Source of the DNA: an uncultured Lentisphaerales bacterium
Lineage (GTDB): Bacteria > Verrucomicrobiota > Lentisphaeria > JABSQK01 > UBA12247
Direction: 5' to 3'
Length of the DNA stretch: 64,000 nucleotides
Assembly: GCA_943788985.1 (NCBI GenBank)
Contig: CALSSJ010000027.1
Coordinates: 1-64,000, forward strand
The number at the start of each line of letters is the position of its first letter. Positions within the stretch are counted from its first letter, which is position 1. The notes under the pieces are model-generated. The model ran no database searches. It worked only from the letters and a program-made list of their open reading frames with translations, and had not been told where the DNA came from. Both the position numbers and the translations under genes were made by a program. This document shows positions 1 to 10,014 of the stretch, piece after piece.

Positions 1-435
1 TACGAATTCTATTTGGATCTTCAGAAGGGCTGGAACCTGCTCGCTCTGCCCTTTAACGCGACCGATCCGGGCTTGGCAGAGTTGCACACGCACTCGGTGG
101 GTGATCTCTGGATCTGGGAGAGCGATAATTGGCAGGCTGACGAAACGCCGGCAGCCTACGCTGGCTTTTGGCTATTCTCTAGCGACAGTGCCCCACAGGT
201 TCCTGTAAGCGGCCAGCCAGTCTCCCACAACACAGTCTCACTTGCCGCTGGCTGGAACTTAACTGGCTCAGGCATCCGCAGCAATGTCAGCGATCCTGAA
301 TCGATCGTTGAGACCGCAATGAACTGGGATGGCGAGGAATACCAGTCCCTTTCGTTAGCAAGTCTCCAGCTAGAAGCCTTCTCCGGGTACTGGATACAGG
401 CCGCCGCCGGCACGATCAGCTTCCCGCAGAACTAA
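1..435 (+). CDS. C-terminal part of a probable secreted protein with paired 'L..GWNL' repeats (5'-truncated by window edge)
   Basis: Frame is open from base 1 (YEFYLDLQKGWNLL...). Two repeats, LQKGWNLLALP...GFW and LAAGWNLTG...GYW. Confidence 0.7.
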   Translation, partial: YEFYLDLQKGWNLLALPFNATDPGLAELHTHSVGDLWIWESDNWQADETPAAYAGFWLFSSDSAPQVPVSGQPVSHNTVSLAAGWNLTGSGIRSNVSDPESIVETAMNWDGEEYQSLSLASLQLEAFSGYWIQAAAGTISFPQN

Positions 436-437
436 CC

Positions 438-839
438 ATGCCTTCGGTGAATACCTGGCGAGCTGTTATCGCACAGAGCGGAGAGTTTCGCGTCACTAGC
501 AACAGCATGGTTCCCACCCTCCTCCCCGGTGATATTGCGCACGTCACGCCGCTTAGACGCTCCCTTTCTGCGGGTGATATCGGTGTCTACGTACGGGATG
601 GCCAGCTCATCGTCCATCGCTACCTCGGGCGCGCTGGGTTTCGCGGTGACAACCGGGCAAACCTTGACCCTGCTGTGGCCGCAGATGCAATCGTAGGCCG
701 AGTCCGTAGTTTCAAGCGAGCGGGGCGTAGGCACCGCATTCCGGTTCTCTTGCCACGATTGGCTTGCATGCTGCGCCCAGTGAAGGCAATGTACGATGGT
801 GCAAGATCAACCAGATGTGGGAGCGCCGGTTATGGCTGA
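438..839 (+). CDS. S24/S26 family peptidase (signal peptidase I-like)
   Basis: SNSMVPTLLPGD (catalytic Ser box), IVHR, RGDN and IVGRV motifs. Confidence 0.75.
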   Translation: MPSVNTWRAVIAQSGEFRVTSNSMVPTLLPGDIAHVTPLRRSLSAGDIGVYVRDGQLIVHRYLGRAGFRGDNRANLDPAVAADAIVGRVRSFKRAGRRHRIPVLLPRLACMLRPVKAMYDGARSTRCGSAGYG

Positions 840-1392
840 AGCTGCAAGCGCCGACTTTGACGACGAGGAGTACCAGGAGTACGAAGACGTCGATTCAGTT
901 AGCACCTTGGGTGCGATCATCTTCACCGCAGTTCTCGGTGCGGGTATTGGAGGATTTTTTGGCACCGGTGCATCCGGGCTACTGGGCTTGATCATCGGGA
1001 TCGCTCAGGAGCGCGGGATTACGCTCCTGCTGGCCATGGCTGCGGCGGGTGCCGTTACTGGCGCACTTACAGGATTTGTCGTCGGGTCACCGCTCGGCAT
1101 GATCATGGGACTAGTCAGTGAATTGCGCTGGACCCGGGTGAGTCTACCGTTGTTGGGAGCAATCCTCGCTGGCTGCTGCGGCGTCATCTGTGGAATTGGC
1201 GGTGGTCTTATCGTTGCCATGGCTCTCGGCGCCGATCCCAATAAGCTTGCGTTTATAGGTGGGATCATTGGCCTGCTCGCTGGAATCCTTGGGGGCTTCG
1301 TTCTGGGCCTGTTTACCAAAGCACAGCTCGAGCTACGCGAAGAGCGCATGGAGCGCTTTCAAGACGAGGTTCCGGACGACGAAGACGTCTGA
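796..1392 (+). CDS. Gly-rich multi-pass membrane protein with acidic termini (start could be 832)
   Basis: About 4 hydrophobic segments with repeated GxxxG. Termini DFDDEEYQEYEDVD and DEVPDDEDV. Confidence 0.65.
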   Translation: MVQDQPDVGAPVMAEAASADFDDEEYQEYEDVDSVSTLGAIIFTAVLGAGIGGFFGTGASGLLGLIIGIAQERGITLLLAMAAAGAVTGALTGFVVGSPLGMIMGLVSELRWTRVSLPLLGAILAGCCGVICGIGGGLIVAMALGADPNKLAFIGGIIGLLAGILGGFVLGLFTKAQLELREERMERFQDEVPDDEDV

Positions 1393-2161
1393 ATCGTGGG
1401 CCGTTTTAATCGGCGGTGTGTCGGTCCAGTTGTCAGGCACACCACAATCTCTTGGGACTCTCTTGCGACTCCCATCGGCCGCGCCCCCAGCCGCATTCAT
1501 TGAGTTTCGTGAGGTGCCTACCCCCGACTGGACGTGCGATGTACGGGCATCGGCAGAGACCTACCACAAGGGGATGGCGCGACATTGCTGTGACCTAACG
1601 TTCCGCAGCAAAACCCTGTGCATCACCCATGTACCCGCCTTGTCGACGCACGACCACTACCTGATTCTGCGGGATATCTTCTGCGCGCTGTGCGGACTTC
1701 GCGGAGCCCCTCTGCTGCATGCTTCGTCGGTGGATTTCGAGGGACGTGCCGTGATATTTTGCGGGGTGAGCGGAACTGGTAAGACTACGATCTCACGCCT
1801 GCTGTCGGCAAGGCACCAAGTCATCAACGATGAAATCAACTGGCTGCAATGTAGTGCAAGCGGATTTACTGTCGTGAATCAACCATTCTGGCGATTGAAA
1901 GACACTCCGGAGCCGAGTCTACCACTGGCCAGCATTTACCTGCTCGAGCAAGCAGAAACGTGCGAAGTTCGCAAGCTCGACACTCCGCTGGATGCTATGG
2001 GCTTGCTACTCTGCGCACCTTATGGTACCGAGGATCCGGCGCTTGGCGTCCGTACAGCAGCGACAATGACTCTTGCTACTGCGGCCCCGCTTAAGCGACT
2101 GCGATTCTCGCTGGATAGCGAAGAAATCGATCAGACGATCAGACGGGACCTCAGCGCCTGA
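1259..2161 (+). CDS. HprK-related P-loop kinase (start uncertain, probably about 1390-1418)
   Basis: LLHASSV, Walker A GVSGTGKTT, VINDE, PFW and PLASIYLLEQ. Confidence 0.7.
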   Translation: MGSLACSLESLGASFWACLPKHSSSYAKSAWSAFKTRFRTTKTSESWAVLIGGVSVQLSGTPQSLGTLLRLPSAAPPAAFIEFREVPTPDWTCDVRASAETYHKGMARHCCDLTFRSKTLCITHVPALSTHDHYLILRDIFCALCGLRGAPLLHASSVDFEGRAVIFCGVSGTGKTTISRLLSARHQVINDEINWLQCSASGFTVVNQPFWRLKDTPEPSLPLASIYLLEQAETCEVRKLDTPLDAMGLLLCAPYGTEDPALGVRTAATMTLATAAPLKRLRFSLDSEEIDQTIRRDLSA

Positions 2162-2166
2162 TCAGG

Positions 2167-4896
2167 TCAAGCTTCAGAAGTCGTTTCCGGAGCAGGTTCC
2201 GGAGCCGCTTCAGAAGAGGCGGATGGCTCGAGCTCCGTGAGGTCTTTCGCTGTAAACTGGCACTTTGGGTAGCCATTGCAGCCGTAGAATGTACGCCCGC
2301 GGCTGCTTCGTACCAGGATCTTCCCGTCATCGCAATCAGGACAGCTGAACCCTGTCTCTTTGTTTACCGACTCGATACCCAGTTCCTTTGAACGGGTCTC
2401 AAAGTCAGTAATCTCCTTTGCGTGTCGGCCGAGCACTTTCTTGAGTGCGCCTACCTGACGGTCCGAGAGTTTTCCCTGCGCTTCAAACTGCTGCGTCAGA
2501 GAATCCACAAAGTCTTTTTCATCGAAGGTCCGGCGTCCCCGTTTGACTGGGGCGGGAAATTCCTTAATCTCAGCAGACATGGCGATCAGTGCACCAATCT
2601 GCTGATGCAACTCTTCTCGTACTGCTCGCGAAACAAGAGACCAAGTTTCGGCGAGTTGATCGTAGTCTGGAAGCTGCGTGCAGTACTTTTCGATCAGTTT
2701 GCGCAAAGCATCTTCCTGCGGCTGACTCAGTGCATTCTCTGCATCCACCCGGTCTTTGAGTGAAAGGAAGAATTCTTGATCGTCGTAGGTGCGGCGTCCT
2801 TTCTTAGTGGGCGGCTCCCAAGTCTCAACAGCCTCGAGTGCGTTGCATAGTGAAATCGCCATAGAGCTGGGGCTGCCTTCGTTGCGCTTGGCTTGCACGG
2901 CACGCTGGTCACCGACTTTCTCGGTTAACCCATACTTCTCGGCTACGGCTTCCAACTGCGGGAGCTGCTCCTCGTATTTCACGAGCAACCCGATCACTAC
3001 GTCCCATTGGCGCTCACTGAGCTTCTGTCCCTTCTCGAGACGGGCTTTGAGGTCCTCGACAAACTTTTTGTCGTCATAGCGCTGGCGCCCGCGCCCATTT
3101 TGTGCATACTCGGTGTCCGGGCCAAAAAGTGCGAGCATTTCATTCATGACATCTGTGTCTGGCAAAGCCAGGGCCCGCTCTACCCACGTGGTGAGATCGC
3201 GATAGAATTCGCTCATCATTGTACGCCACTCGCGCTCACCTTGCTCTACCTGATCGAGATCACTCTCCATTCGAGCGGTAAAGTCCACGGCAAACAGCTC
3301 CGAAAGCTTGTCGATCAGAAATCCGTTTACAGTCTGGCCAAGATCGGTGGGAACAAGCTTGCGCTGCTCGCGGTTCACGTACTTACGATTGACGATGGTC
3401 CGTGTGATCGCTGCATATGTGGACGGGCGACCAATGCCATTGCGTTCCAACTCACGGACCAGTGTCGCCTCACTGAATCGTGGGGGCGGCTCTGTAAACT
3501 TTTGGTCCGAGTCGAACCCTGCCAGCGTGCAGACGTGGCCATCGTTGAGGTCTGGCACAGAGGCAAGCTCATCGGACTCATCTGAATCTTCGGTGTCGCT
3601 GAGCGCATAGACTTTTTGATACCCAGCGAACACTATTTTCGATGCTGAAGCGCGAAAGGTAAGCTCCGAAATTTCGCCTGCTGGTTCTTTGGCCTTACCT
3701 ACGATTTCAATGGCATGAATCTCAGACTCGGAATCACTCATTTGGCTGGCGACAAACCGGCACCAGATGAGTTCGTAGAGCTTGAGTTGCTGTGCAGAGA
3801 GGCCAAGCTTCTTGAGTTCGGCCGGAGTACGGGTGACATCGGTGGGACGAATCGCTTCATGCGCTTCCTGGGCGTTTCCTCTGGAGCGAAAGGAGCGTGG
3901 TTTCTTGGGCAGGAACTCTGCGCCGAATGCATCCTCGACATACTCTCTGGTTGCAGCCTGTGCTTCCTTGGCGATATTCACCGAGTCAGTACGCATGTAG
4001 GTGATCATACCGACCGGCTCGCCATCAAGCTCTACACCTTCATACAGCTCCTGTGCGATCTGCATGGTCTGGCTGGGAGACATCCGCAGGTTGCTGCTGG
4101 CGGCTTGTTGAAGTGTACTGGTGATAAATGGGGGCTGCGCCTTTTGCTTACGGCGTGTGCGCGTGACCTTTCCCACGGAAAAGTCTGCCGACTGTGCTGC
4201 GGCCTGCACAGCCAGTGCCGTTGCTTCGTTACCGACCTCGGCCTTGTCCGCGCCGATCCGAGACAACTTTGCCGCAAATTTGACATCGGGTTGTGGCTGA
4301 AAGTGTGCCGTGAGGTTCCAGTACTCTTCCGGCTCAAAGAGATCGATGGCACCTTCGCGCTCGCAGATCAGTCGCAGAGCGACGGATTGCACGCGGCCAG
4401 CGCTCAACTCGTTCTTGCCGTAACGTGTCCAGAGAATCGGGCTCACGCGAAAGCCAACAAGGCGGTCCAAAAGACGACGGGCCTGCTGCGCATCGACCAA
4501 GCGGGTATTGAGTTCGCCAGGCTCCTCGAAGGCATGCTCAACAGCGGCGCGAGTCAGCTCGTGAAAGGTAACTCGACGAAACTCGAGCTTCTTATCTTCG
4601 AGCACTTCGGACAGATGCCAGGCAATGGCTTCTCCCTCACGGTCAGGGTCAGTCGCGAGGTAGACAATCTTCGCGCTGGCGGCCGCCTTTTTCAGGGCCT
4701 TCACCACATTCCGCTTGTCCTCGATCACTGAATAGTCCAGCTCAAAGTCACTGCCTATATCGAGGTTCAGTGAGGCACGTGTGGGCAGGTCGCGAATGTG
4801 ACCGGTGGAGGCTAGGACACTAAAGTCCGCCCCAAGAATGCGGCTGATGGTCCGTGCTTTTGCAGGGGACTCGACGATCACTAGATCTTTGCTCAT
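2167..4896 (-). CDS. topA: DNA topoisomerase I (type IA) with extended C-terminus
   Basis: LVIVESPAKA, ATDPDREGEAI, SAGRVQS, catalytic ITYMRTD and GIGRPSTY; terminal C4 zinc finger. Confidence 0.97.
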   Translation of the reverse strand: MSKDLVIVESPAKARTISRILGADFSVLASTGHIRDLPTRASLNLDIGSDFELDYSVIEDKRNVVKALKKAAASAKIVYLATDPDREGEAIAWHLSEVLEDKKLEFRRVTFHELTRAAVEHAFEEPGELNTRLVDAQQARRLLDRLVGFRVSPILWTRYGKNELSAGRVQSVALRLICEREGAIDLFEPEEYWNLTAHFQPQPDVKFAAKLSRIGADKAEVGNEATALAVQAAAQSADFSVGKVTRTRRKQKAQPPFITSTLQQAASSNLRMSPSQTMQIAQELYEGVELDGEPVGMITYMRTDSVNIAKEAQAATREYVEDAFGAEFLPKKPRSFRSRGNAQEAHEAIRPTDVTRTPAELKKLGLSAQQLKLYELIWCRFVASQMSDSESEIHAIEIVGKAKEPAGEISELTFRASASKIVFAGYQKVYALSDTEDSDESDELASVPDLNDGHVCTLAGFDSDQKFTEPPPRFSEATLVRELERNGIGRPSTYAAITRTIVNRKYVNREQRKLVPTDLGQTVNGFLIDKLSELFAVDFTARMESDLDQVEQGEREWRTMMSEFYRDLTTWVERALALPDTDVMNEMLALFGPDTEYAQNGRGRQRYDDKKFVEDLKARLEKGQKLSERQWDVVIGLLVKYEEQLPQLEAVAEKYGLTEKVGDQRAVQAKRNEGSPSSMAISLCNALEAVETWEPPTKKGRRTYDDQEFFLSLKDRVDAENALSQPQEDALRKLIEKYCTQLPDYDQLAETWSLVSRAVREELHQQIGALIAMSAEIKEFPAPVKRGRRTFDEKDFVDSLTQQFEAQGKLSDRQVGALKKVLGRHAKEITDFETRSKELGIESVNKETGFSCPDCDDGKILVRSSRGRTFYGCNGYPKCQFTAKDLTELEPSASSEAAPEPAPETTSEA

Positions 4897-5002
4897 ACGC
4901 GCGTTGGGCTCCCATGATCTGTCGGCCGTCCACCGCGGCGTTCAATGTTTCGAAAAGCTGGGGACGTGGTGGACCGCCCAAATAGTCTGGAAAGAATACG
5001 CG

Positions 5003-5500
5003 TCAGTGCTGTGGTGCAGCGGGAGTCTGGACGGGCGCGTGCTTTTCGCTGTGCGCATTTGTCTTTGCTCCGTGGAGATCACCATGGCTGTCGCCGTGGT
5101 CCTCGCCATGATCGAGCCCTGCGGCCTGGATACGGAGTTCCTTGTACCATTCGGCTTCGGCATGAATGGGGGCGGCTACTTCGTGGCGAATCTCATGCCG
5201 ACGGGTAAGGTCAAACAGGCAGAAGATAACGAAAACGGCAAGAAACACGAGGCTTGCCAAGAGTAAATAGATGTAGAACTTGTGATCAAACACAAGGTGC
5301 ATGAAGATTAGCGCGACCAGGCCAGCTTTCACGGTGGCGACAGCCATCGCTACGGGCAGGTTCAGGGGCCCGAGATCGACCTGTGCAACTGCAACAGTGA
5401 CGACGGTGAGGATGAGGAGAGCACCCAGCACTCCGAAGTATACCCACATTGGGGTGATATGGGGCTGGTGTGAGTCGTGTGTAGAGTTAGAACTGCTCAT
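5003..5500 (-). CDS. ctaF: Cytochrome c oxidase subunit IV (caa3-type)
   Basis: Three TM segments, KAGLVALIFMHL motif; last gene of the cox operon. Confidence 0.85.
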   Translation of the reverse strand: MSSSNSTHDSHQPHITPMWVYFGVLGALLILTVVTVAVAQVDLGPLNLPVAMAVATVKAGLVALIFMHLVFDHKFYIYLLLASLVFLAVFVIFCLFDLTRRHEIRHEVAAPIHAEAEWYKELRIQAAGLDHGEDHGDSHGDLHGAKTNAHSEKHAPVQTPAAPQH

Positions 5501-5506
5501 GGTAAC

Positions 5507-6175
5507 CTAAATCAAGTAGAGGAGCGGGAACAGGTAAATCCAGATCAGGTCGACCAGATGCCAATACAGGCCGCCCATCTCGATAGGCGCGTAATACTCG
5601 CTGTCGAAGCGATTCTTTAGCGTCAGGTAGAGCAACCAAGCTATATAGACGATACCACATATGACATGAAAGCCATGCAGGCCAGTCATACAGAAGTAGA
5701 TGCTGAAGAAGATATGCGGGTTCTTGACCTCTGGGTGCTCTGCCAGAAAATGCAGGTCATGAAAGGAGGTCCCAGGAAGGGTGCCATGGCCAATCTTGGC
5801 GCTGTACTCGAAGTACTTCACAACGAGGAAGACAAAGGCGCAGGCTATTGTGATAGCGAGATAGATTGCGCAGGCATTGCGTTTGTTCTGCTGAATGGAC
5901 CTGATGGCCATGGCGACGGTGAATGAACTGAAAATCAGAACGATGGTATTCAGGCCACCGAGTTTCCAGTTGAGCATTTCGCTGGCCCCGACGAAAAGCT
6001 CGGGGTCCATGATCCGCCAAATGAAGTAGAAGCAGAAGAGGCCGCCGAAGAACAAAATTTCCGTGAGCAGAAACAGCCACATGCCCAGCTTTGCACATTC
6101 GTGCTGCTGTTCCATTTCGAAGAAATGGTGTGCAAGCCGTGGGTGGCCGTGAGAATCGTGAGTAGTTGCAGACAT
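5507..6175 (-). CDS. ctaE: Cytochrome c oxidase subunit III
   Basis: GMWLFLLTEILFFGGLF, TGLHGFHV and YWHLVDLIW. Confidence 0.95.
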   Translation of the reverse strand: MSATTHDSHGHPRLAHHFFEMEQQHECAKLGMWLFLLTEILFFGGLFCFYFIWRIMDPELFVGASEMLNWKLGGLNTIVLIFSSFTVAMAIRSIQQNKRNACAIYLAITIACAFVFLVVKYFEYSAKIGHGTLPGTSFHDLHFLAEHPEVKNPHIFFSIYFCMTGLHGFHVICGIVYIAWLLYLTLKNRFDSEYYAPIEMGGLYWHLVDLIWIYLFPLLYLI

Positions 6176-6201
6176 GGCTCGTGCTTTACGTGTTAGAAAC
6201 G

Positions 6202-7848
6202 TTAAATATCTTCGGGACGGACTTTGTCGTAGTCGTATGGCCCGTGCTTACAGACTGGGTCTTCCAGAAAGTTGTGCGCTGGAGGCGGGGAGGAAGTCGC
6301 CCACTCCATCGACAGGCCACCCCATGGGTTGGCAGGCGCCTTCTTCCCGGCGATCAAGGAATGGACAAGATAGATCAGGATGATGATGAAGCCAACGGCC
6401 AAGATGAGTGAACCAACCGTCGAGAACTGATGATAGGTCTCGAACAGTTGCGTCTTCTCGAAGCCAGCGTAGTCGGCGTAGCGACGCGGCATGCCTTGCT
6501 GACCCAAGATAAACTGGCTGAAGAAGGTCATATTAAAGCCGAGAAAGATAAAGACGAAGCCGATCTTACCCCAAAATTCACTATACATCTTGCCAAAAAT
6601 CTTGGGCCACCAGTGATGGAGCCCGCCCAGGAAGGCGATCACTGTTCCGCCCATCATGACGTAGTGGAAGTGAGCGACCACAAAGTAGGTATCATGGAGA
6701 GGAATGTCCATGCCGAGTGCACCAAGAAAGACACCCGTGAGGCCGCCGATGGTGAAGGTCACCATGAAGCACAGTGCATAGAGCATCGGTGTGTTCCAGC
6801 TGATCTGGCCGAGATACATGGTCGTCATCCAGTTGAACAGCTTGATGGCCGTCGGCACCCCGATAAGGAAGGTGATGAAGGAGAACAGCAGCGAGATAAA
6901 CTCGGATTGACCACTCACAAACATGTGATGGCCCCAAACCAGAAAGCCGAGGAAAGCAATCGCGACACTGGAGTAGGCGATGAGCTTATAGCCGAAGATC
7001 GTGCGATGCGAGTGTACGGCGATCAGTTCGCTCATGACGGCCATGCCAGGCAAAATCATGATATACACGGCTGGATGACTGTAGAACCAGAAAAAGTGCT
7101 GGAACAGGACAGGGTCACCGCCGTTCGCGGGGTCAAAGATTCCAATCCCGAAGGTGGTCTCCATAATCAGCAGCAGGAGCGTGATCGCCAGAACTGGGGT
7201 GGCCAGAATCTGGATCAGAGCAGTGGCATAGATGCCCCAGACGAAAAGTGGCATCTCAAACCAGCCCATACCCGGTGCGCGCATCTTGTGCACGGTTACG
7301 ACAAAGTTCATGCCAGTCAGAATGGATGAGAAGCCGAGTACGAAGACGCCGAAGGTCATCATGGTTACCGAGCTACTGCTGCTTGTACTATACGGGGTGT
7401 AGAAAGTCCAGCCGGTGTCCACAGAGTTCCCGAAGAAAATCGCGTACAAACAAATAGCTGCACCAATCATGTAAATGTACCAGCTAGCTAAGTTCAGCCG
7501 CGGGAAGGCGACGTCCTTGGTGCCTAGCATGATCGGGAGGCAGAAGTTGCCTAGGATCGCGGGGATCGATGGAATGATGAATAGAAACACCATGATCGCC
7601 CCGTGCAACGTAAAGGCTTTATTATAAGTCCAAGAGGCACCTTCGGTTGGGGCGGCCGGGAAAATCTGCATCTCCGGCGCGAAGAGCTCCAAGCGAATGG
7701 CCACGGCAAAGAATCCGCCCGCGGCGAATGCTGAAAGCACGACGATCATGTACATCAGACCGATGCGCTTGTGATCGACTGTCAACAGCCAGGACATAAT
7801 GCCCTTCGTGTGATTGATGTAGTTTGTGTTGGAATCAGCGGCGCTCAT
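6202..7848 (-). CDS. ctaD: Cytochrome c oxidase subunit I (A2-type)
   Basis: [22 protein letters not shown] (YS motif of A2 oxidases), VWGHHMF and VAHFHY. Confidence 0.97.
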   Translation of the reverse strand: MSAADSNTNYINHTKGIMSWLLTVDHKRIGLMYMIVVLSAFAAGGFFAVAIRLELFAPEMQIFPAAPTEGASWTYNKAFTLHGAIMVFLFIIPSIPAILGNFCLPIMLGTKDVAFPRLNLASWYIYMIGAAICLYAIFFGNSVDTGWTFYTPYSTSSSSSVTMMTFGVFVLGFSSILTGMNFVVTVHKMRAPGMGWFEMPLFVWGIYATALIQILATPVLAITLLLLIMETTFGIGIFDPANGGDPVLFQHFFWFYSHPAVYIMILPGMAVMSELIAVHSHRTIFGYKLIAYSSVAIAFLGFLVWGHHMFVSGQSEFISLLFSFITFLIGVPTAIKLFNWMTTMYLGQISWNTPMLYALCFMVTFTIGGLTGVFLGALGMDIPLHDTYFVVAHFHYVMMGGTVIAFLGGLHHWWPKIFGKMYSEFWGKIGFVFIFLGFNMTFFSQFILGQQGMPRRYADYAGFEKTQLFETYHQFSTVGSLILAVGFIIILIYLVHSLIAGKKAPANPWGGLSMEWATSSPPPAHNFLEDPVCKHGPYDYDKVRPEDI

Positions 7849-7850
7849 GG

Positions 7851-8828
7851 CTAGTTCCCTTGTTCGCTTGGTGGCTGTTCACCAGGTTGGTCGAGAAATT
7901 TCAGCCCGTCAACGATGTGCTGAATCTCTTCTTCGGTAATTGAATTCTTGTGCGTTGGCATGGCTTGGGAGAAGCCCTTCACGCGCTGGAGATTGGGGTT
8001 ATAGACGGAATCGCGGATGTATTTAGCGCCCACGTCGCCCACAATCGTCAGCGACGTGCCGTCGGTAAACTCTGAAGTCCGGCCCCATAATCCCTTAAAG
8101 GTTGGCCCGGTGCCAATGCTGCCGTCCAGACTGTGACAAGACCTGCAGCTTGCTTGGTAAATTTCATCAAATTTACGGGGCTGCACGACATCCGCCAGAA
8201 ATGCTGCGTAATCCTCTTCGCTGAGGACATGGACTGTGCGGTTCATCCGTGAGTGATCCAGGCCGCAATACTCTGTGCAATACAAATCGTACTCACCCAC
8301 TGCGGTGGCCTCGAACCATAGGGTCGTATTGCGACCGGGAAGGGCATCCATTTTTACCCGAAAGTCCGGGATAAAAAGCGAATGAATTACGTCCTTGGAG
8401 TACATACTCAGCTTGATGGGCTGGTTCACGGGGATATAGAGGTCGTTGCTGTTTCCGATCCCCTTCAGAGTGCTGTACTGAAAGTTCCACGCCCACTGGT
8501 TGGCTTGCACATGGATGGTCTTGGCATTCGCAGGGATGGCATGTGCCTGCAGGAAGACTTTCCAGCCCCAGGCAAAGATAATCATAAACAAGATGGTAGG
8601 GATTACAGACCAAATGATTTCGAGTTTCGTGTTATGTCGCAGCCCGCTAGTCAGGCTAAAGGACTCGCCTTCCTTCTTACGATACTTCACTGCGAAGTAG
8701 AGCGTGCCGGCCGTAATCACGATAAAGAAGAAGACCGAGAGGTAAAAAATAAACATGTAAAGCGCGTCGATCTCTGGTGCGATCGTCGATGCTTGGGGCG
8801 GTAGCAGGAATGTCCCTTTCGGTTCCAT
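7851..8828 (-). CDS. ctaC: Cytochrome c oxidase subunit II with C-terminal cytochrome c
   Basis: CuA ligands DVIHS...[12 protein letters not shown]; heme c motif CRSCH. Confidence 0.95.
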   Translation of the reverse strand: MEPKGTFLLPPQASTIAPEIDALYMFIFYLSVFFFIVITAGTLYFAVKYRKKEGESFSLTSGLRHNTKLEIIWSVIPTILFMIIFAWGWKVFLQAHAIPANAKTIHVQANQWAWNFQYSTLKGIGNSNDLYIPVNQPIKLSMYSKDVIHSLFIPDFRVKMDALPGRNTTLWFEATAVGEYDLYCTEYCGLDHSRMNRTVHVLSEEDYAAFLADVVQPRKFDEIYQASCRSCHSLDGSIGTGPTFKGLWGRTSEFTDGTSLTIVGDVGAKYIRDSVYNPNLQRVKGFSQAMPTHKNSITEEEIQHIVDGLKFLDQPGEQPPSEQGN

Positions 8829-8842
8829 GACAGCAGTCTCGG

Positions 8843-9679
8843 TTAGGATGCAAGCTTGGCGGGTTGGGCGCCGCGCGGGTGAGTAGAGCGCTTGCGAGTC
8901 GCCTCGCGTCGCCAGAGAATAAAGAGGGGCACACCCATTAGAATGAGGGTAAGAGCACCGCCTATCCGCATCGTGCGGAAGGCGATCATTGTGTACGCAC
9001 CGGTGGTGGAATCGTAGTGAAAGCAGCGCCAGATGATGCGGTCGATGGTGGAGCCGATCTTGCCCTCGGAAGCGTCTCCGAGCGCCATTTCAAGATGGGA
9101 GGCGGGATAGCTTATTCCGTAGAGGTAGCGCGAGATTTTGCGCTCGGGTGACAGGATGTATACCGCGGCGGGATGCGCGTACTCATCTCGCTTCTCATCG
9201 TAGAAATACTGAAAGCCAATCTGCTCGGCCAGTGACTTGATTGCTTCATCTTTGCCGGTCCAAAACTGCCAGTCCTGATGAAACCCACCGTCTTTTACTG
9301 CTGCGACGTAAGTTTGCTGCTTGGCTTTGGCCATCGTAGCGTTCTCTTCGGGATCAATGCTGACAGTCAGAACGCGGTAACTATCGCCTGGCTTCCACTT
9401 AGCCTCGTCCAAGGCGCTGGACAGCCCATTGAGGACTTGGGTGCACAGCATGGGACACTCGTAATAGGCAAGAATCAACACCACCGGACGCTCACCATCG
9501 AAGTAGTCACCAAAGCTCACCGCATGGCCATCCTGATCGGTAAAGGCCAGATCGGATGTCACAGTATTTCCCAGATGCTCGCTGATATTGATCCGCTCGA
9601 GGTTGGGATCGAACGAGCCTTGGGCGAGGACCTGCATTGCGAACATCGCAAAGGCTGCATATAGACCGAGGGTTTTCAT
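8843..9679 (-). CDS. SCO1/SenC family copper chaperone
   Basis: YYECPMLC, distal His (YAHPA), signal peptide and C-terminal TM. Confidence 0.9.
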   Translation of the reverse strand: MKTLGLYAAFAMFAMQVLAQGSFDPNLERINISEHLGNTVTSDLAFTDQDGHAVSFGDYFDGERPVVLILAYYECPMLCTQVLNGLSSALDEAKWKPGDSYRVLTVSIDPEENATMAKAKQQTYVAAVKDGGFHQDWQFWTGKDEAIKSLAEQIGFQYFYDEKRDEYAHPAAVYILSPERKISRYLYGISYPASHLEMALGDASEGKIGSTIDRIIWRCFHYDSTTGAYTMIAFRTMRIGGALTLILMGVPLFILWRREATRKRSTHPRGAQPAKLAS

Positions 9680-10005
9680 CGTGCGGGTGACTGGCTCTCC
9701 TGAACAATAAGCTCCATAGCACGCTCGATTGGGATGCGAACAATCTTCTCGTTGCCTGTGCCGCTACTCTTGGCGTAACCGGAGAGCATGGCGCTCTGTG
9801 ACTCGGTCAACTCGGTAAGCTCGACGCGTTCGTACTGTGCACGCTCCAGCAACTTGGCCTGCGTGGAGCCGATAAAGATCACATCAGCGATCAGGATCAT
9901 GCAGAGGATCACGCCAAGGATGAACACTGACGAAATAACGATCGGCAGAAGTTTGATATCAGACTTCTCGTAGCCCGGTCCTTCCGTATGACTGTGGTCC
10001 GACAT
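9676..10005 (-). CDS. ActG-like small membrane subunit of alternative complex III
   Basis: GYEKSD, one TM, RIPIERAMEL C-terminal motif; lies between actF and sco. Confidence 0.65.
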   Translation of the reverse strand: MSDHSHTEGPGYEKSDIKLLPIVISSVFILGVILCMILIADVIFIGSTQAKLLERAQYERVELTELTESQSAMLSGYAKSSGTGNEKIVRIPIERAMELIVQESQSPAR

Positions 10006-10014
10006 GCTAATCCC

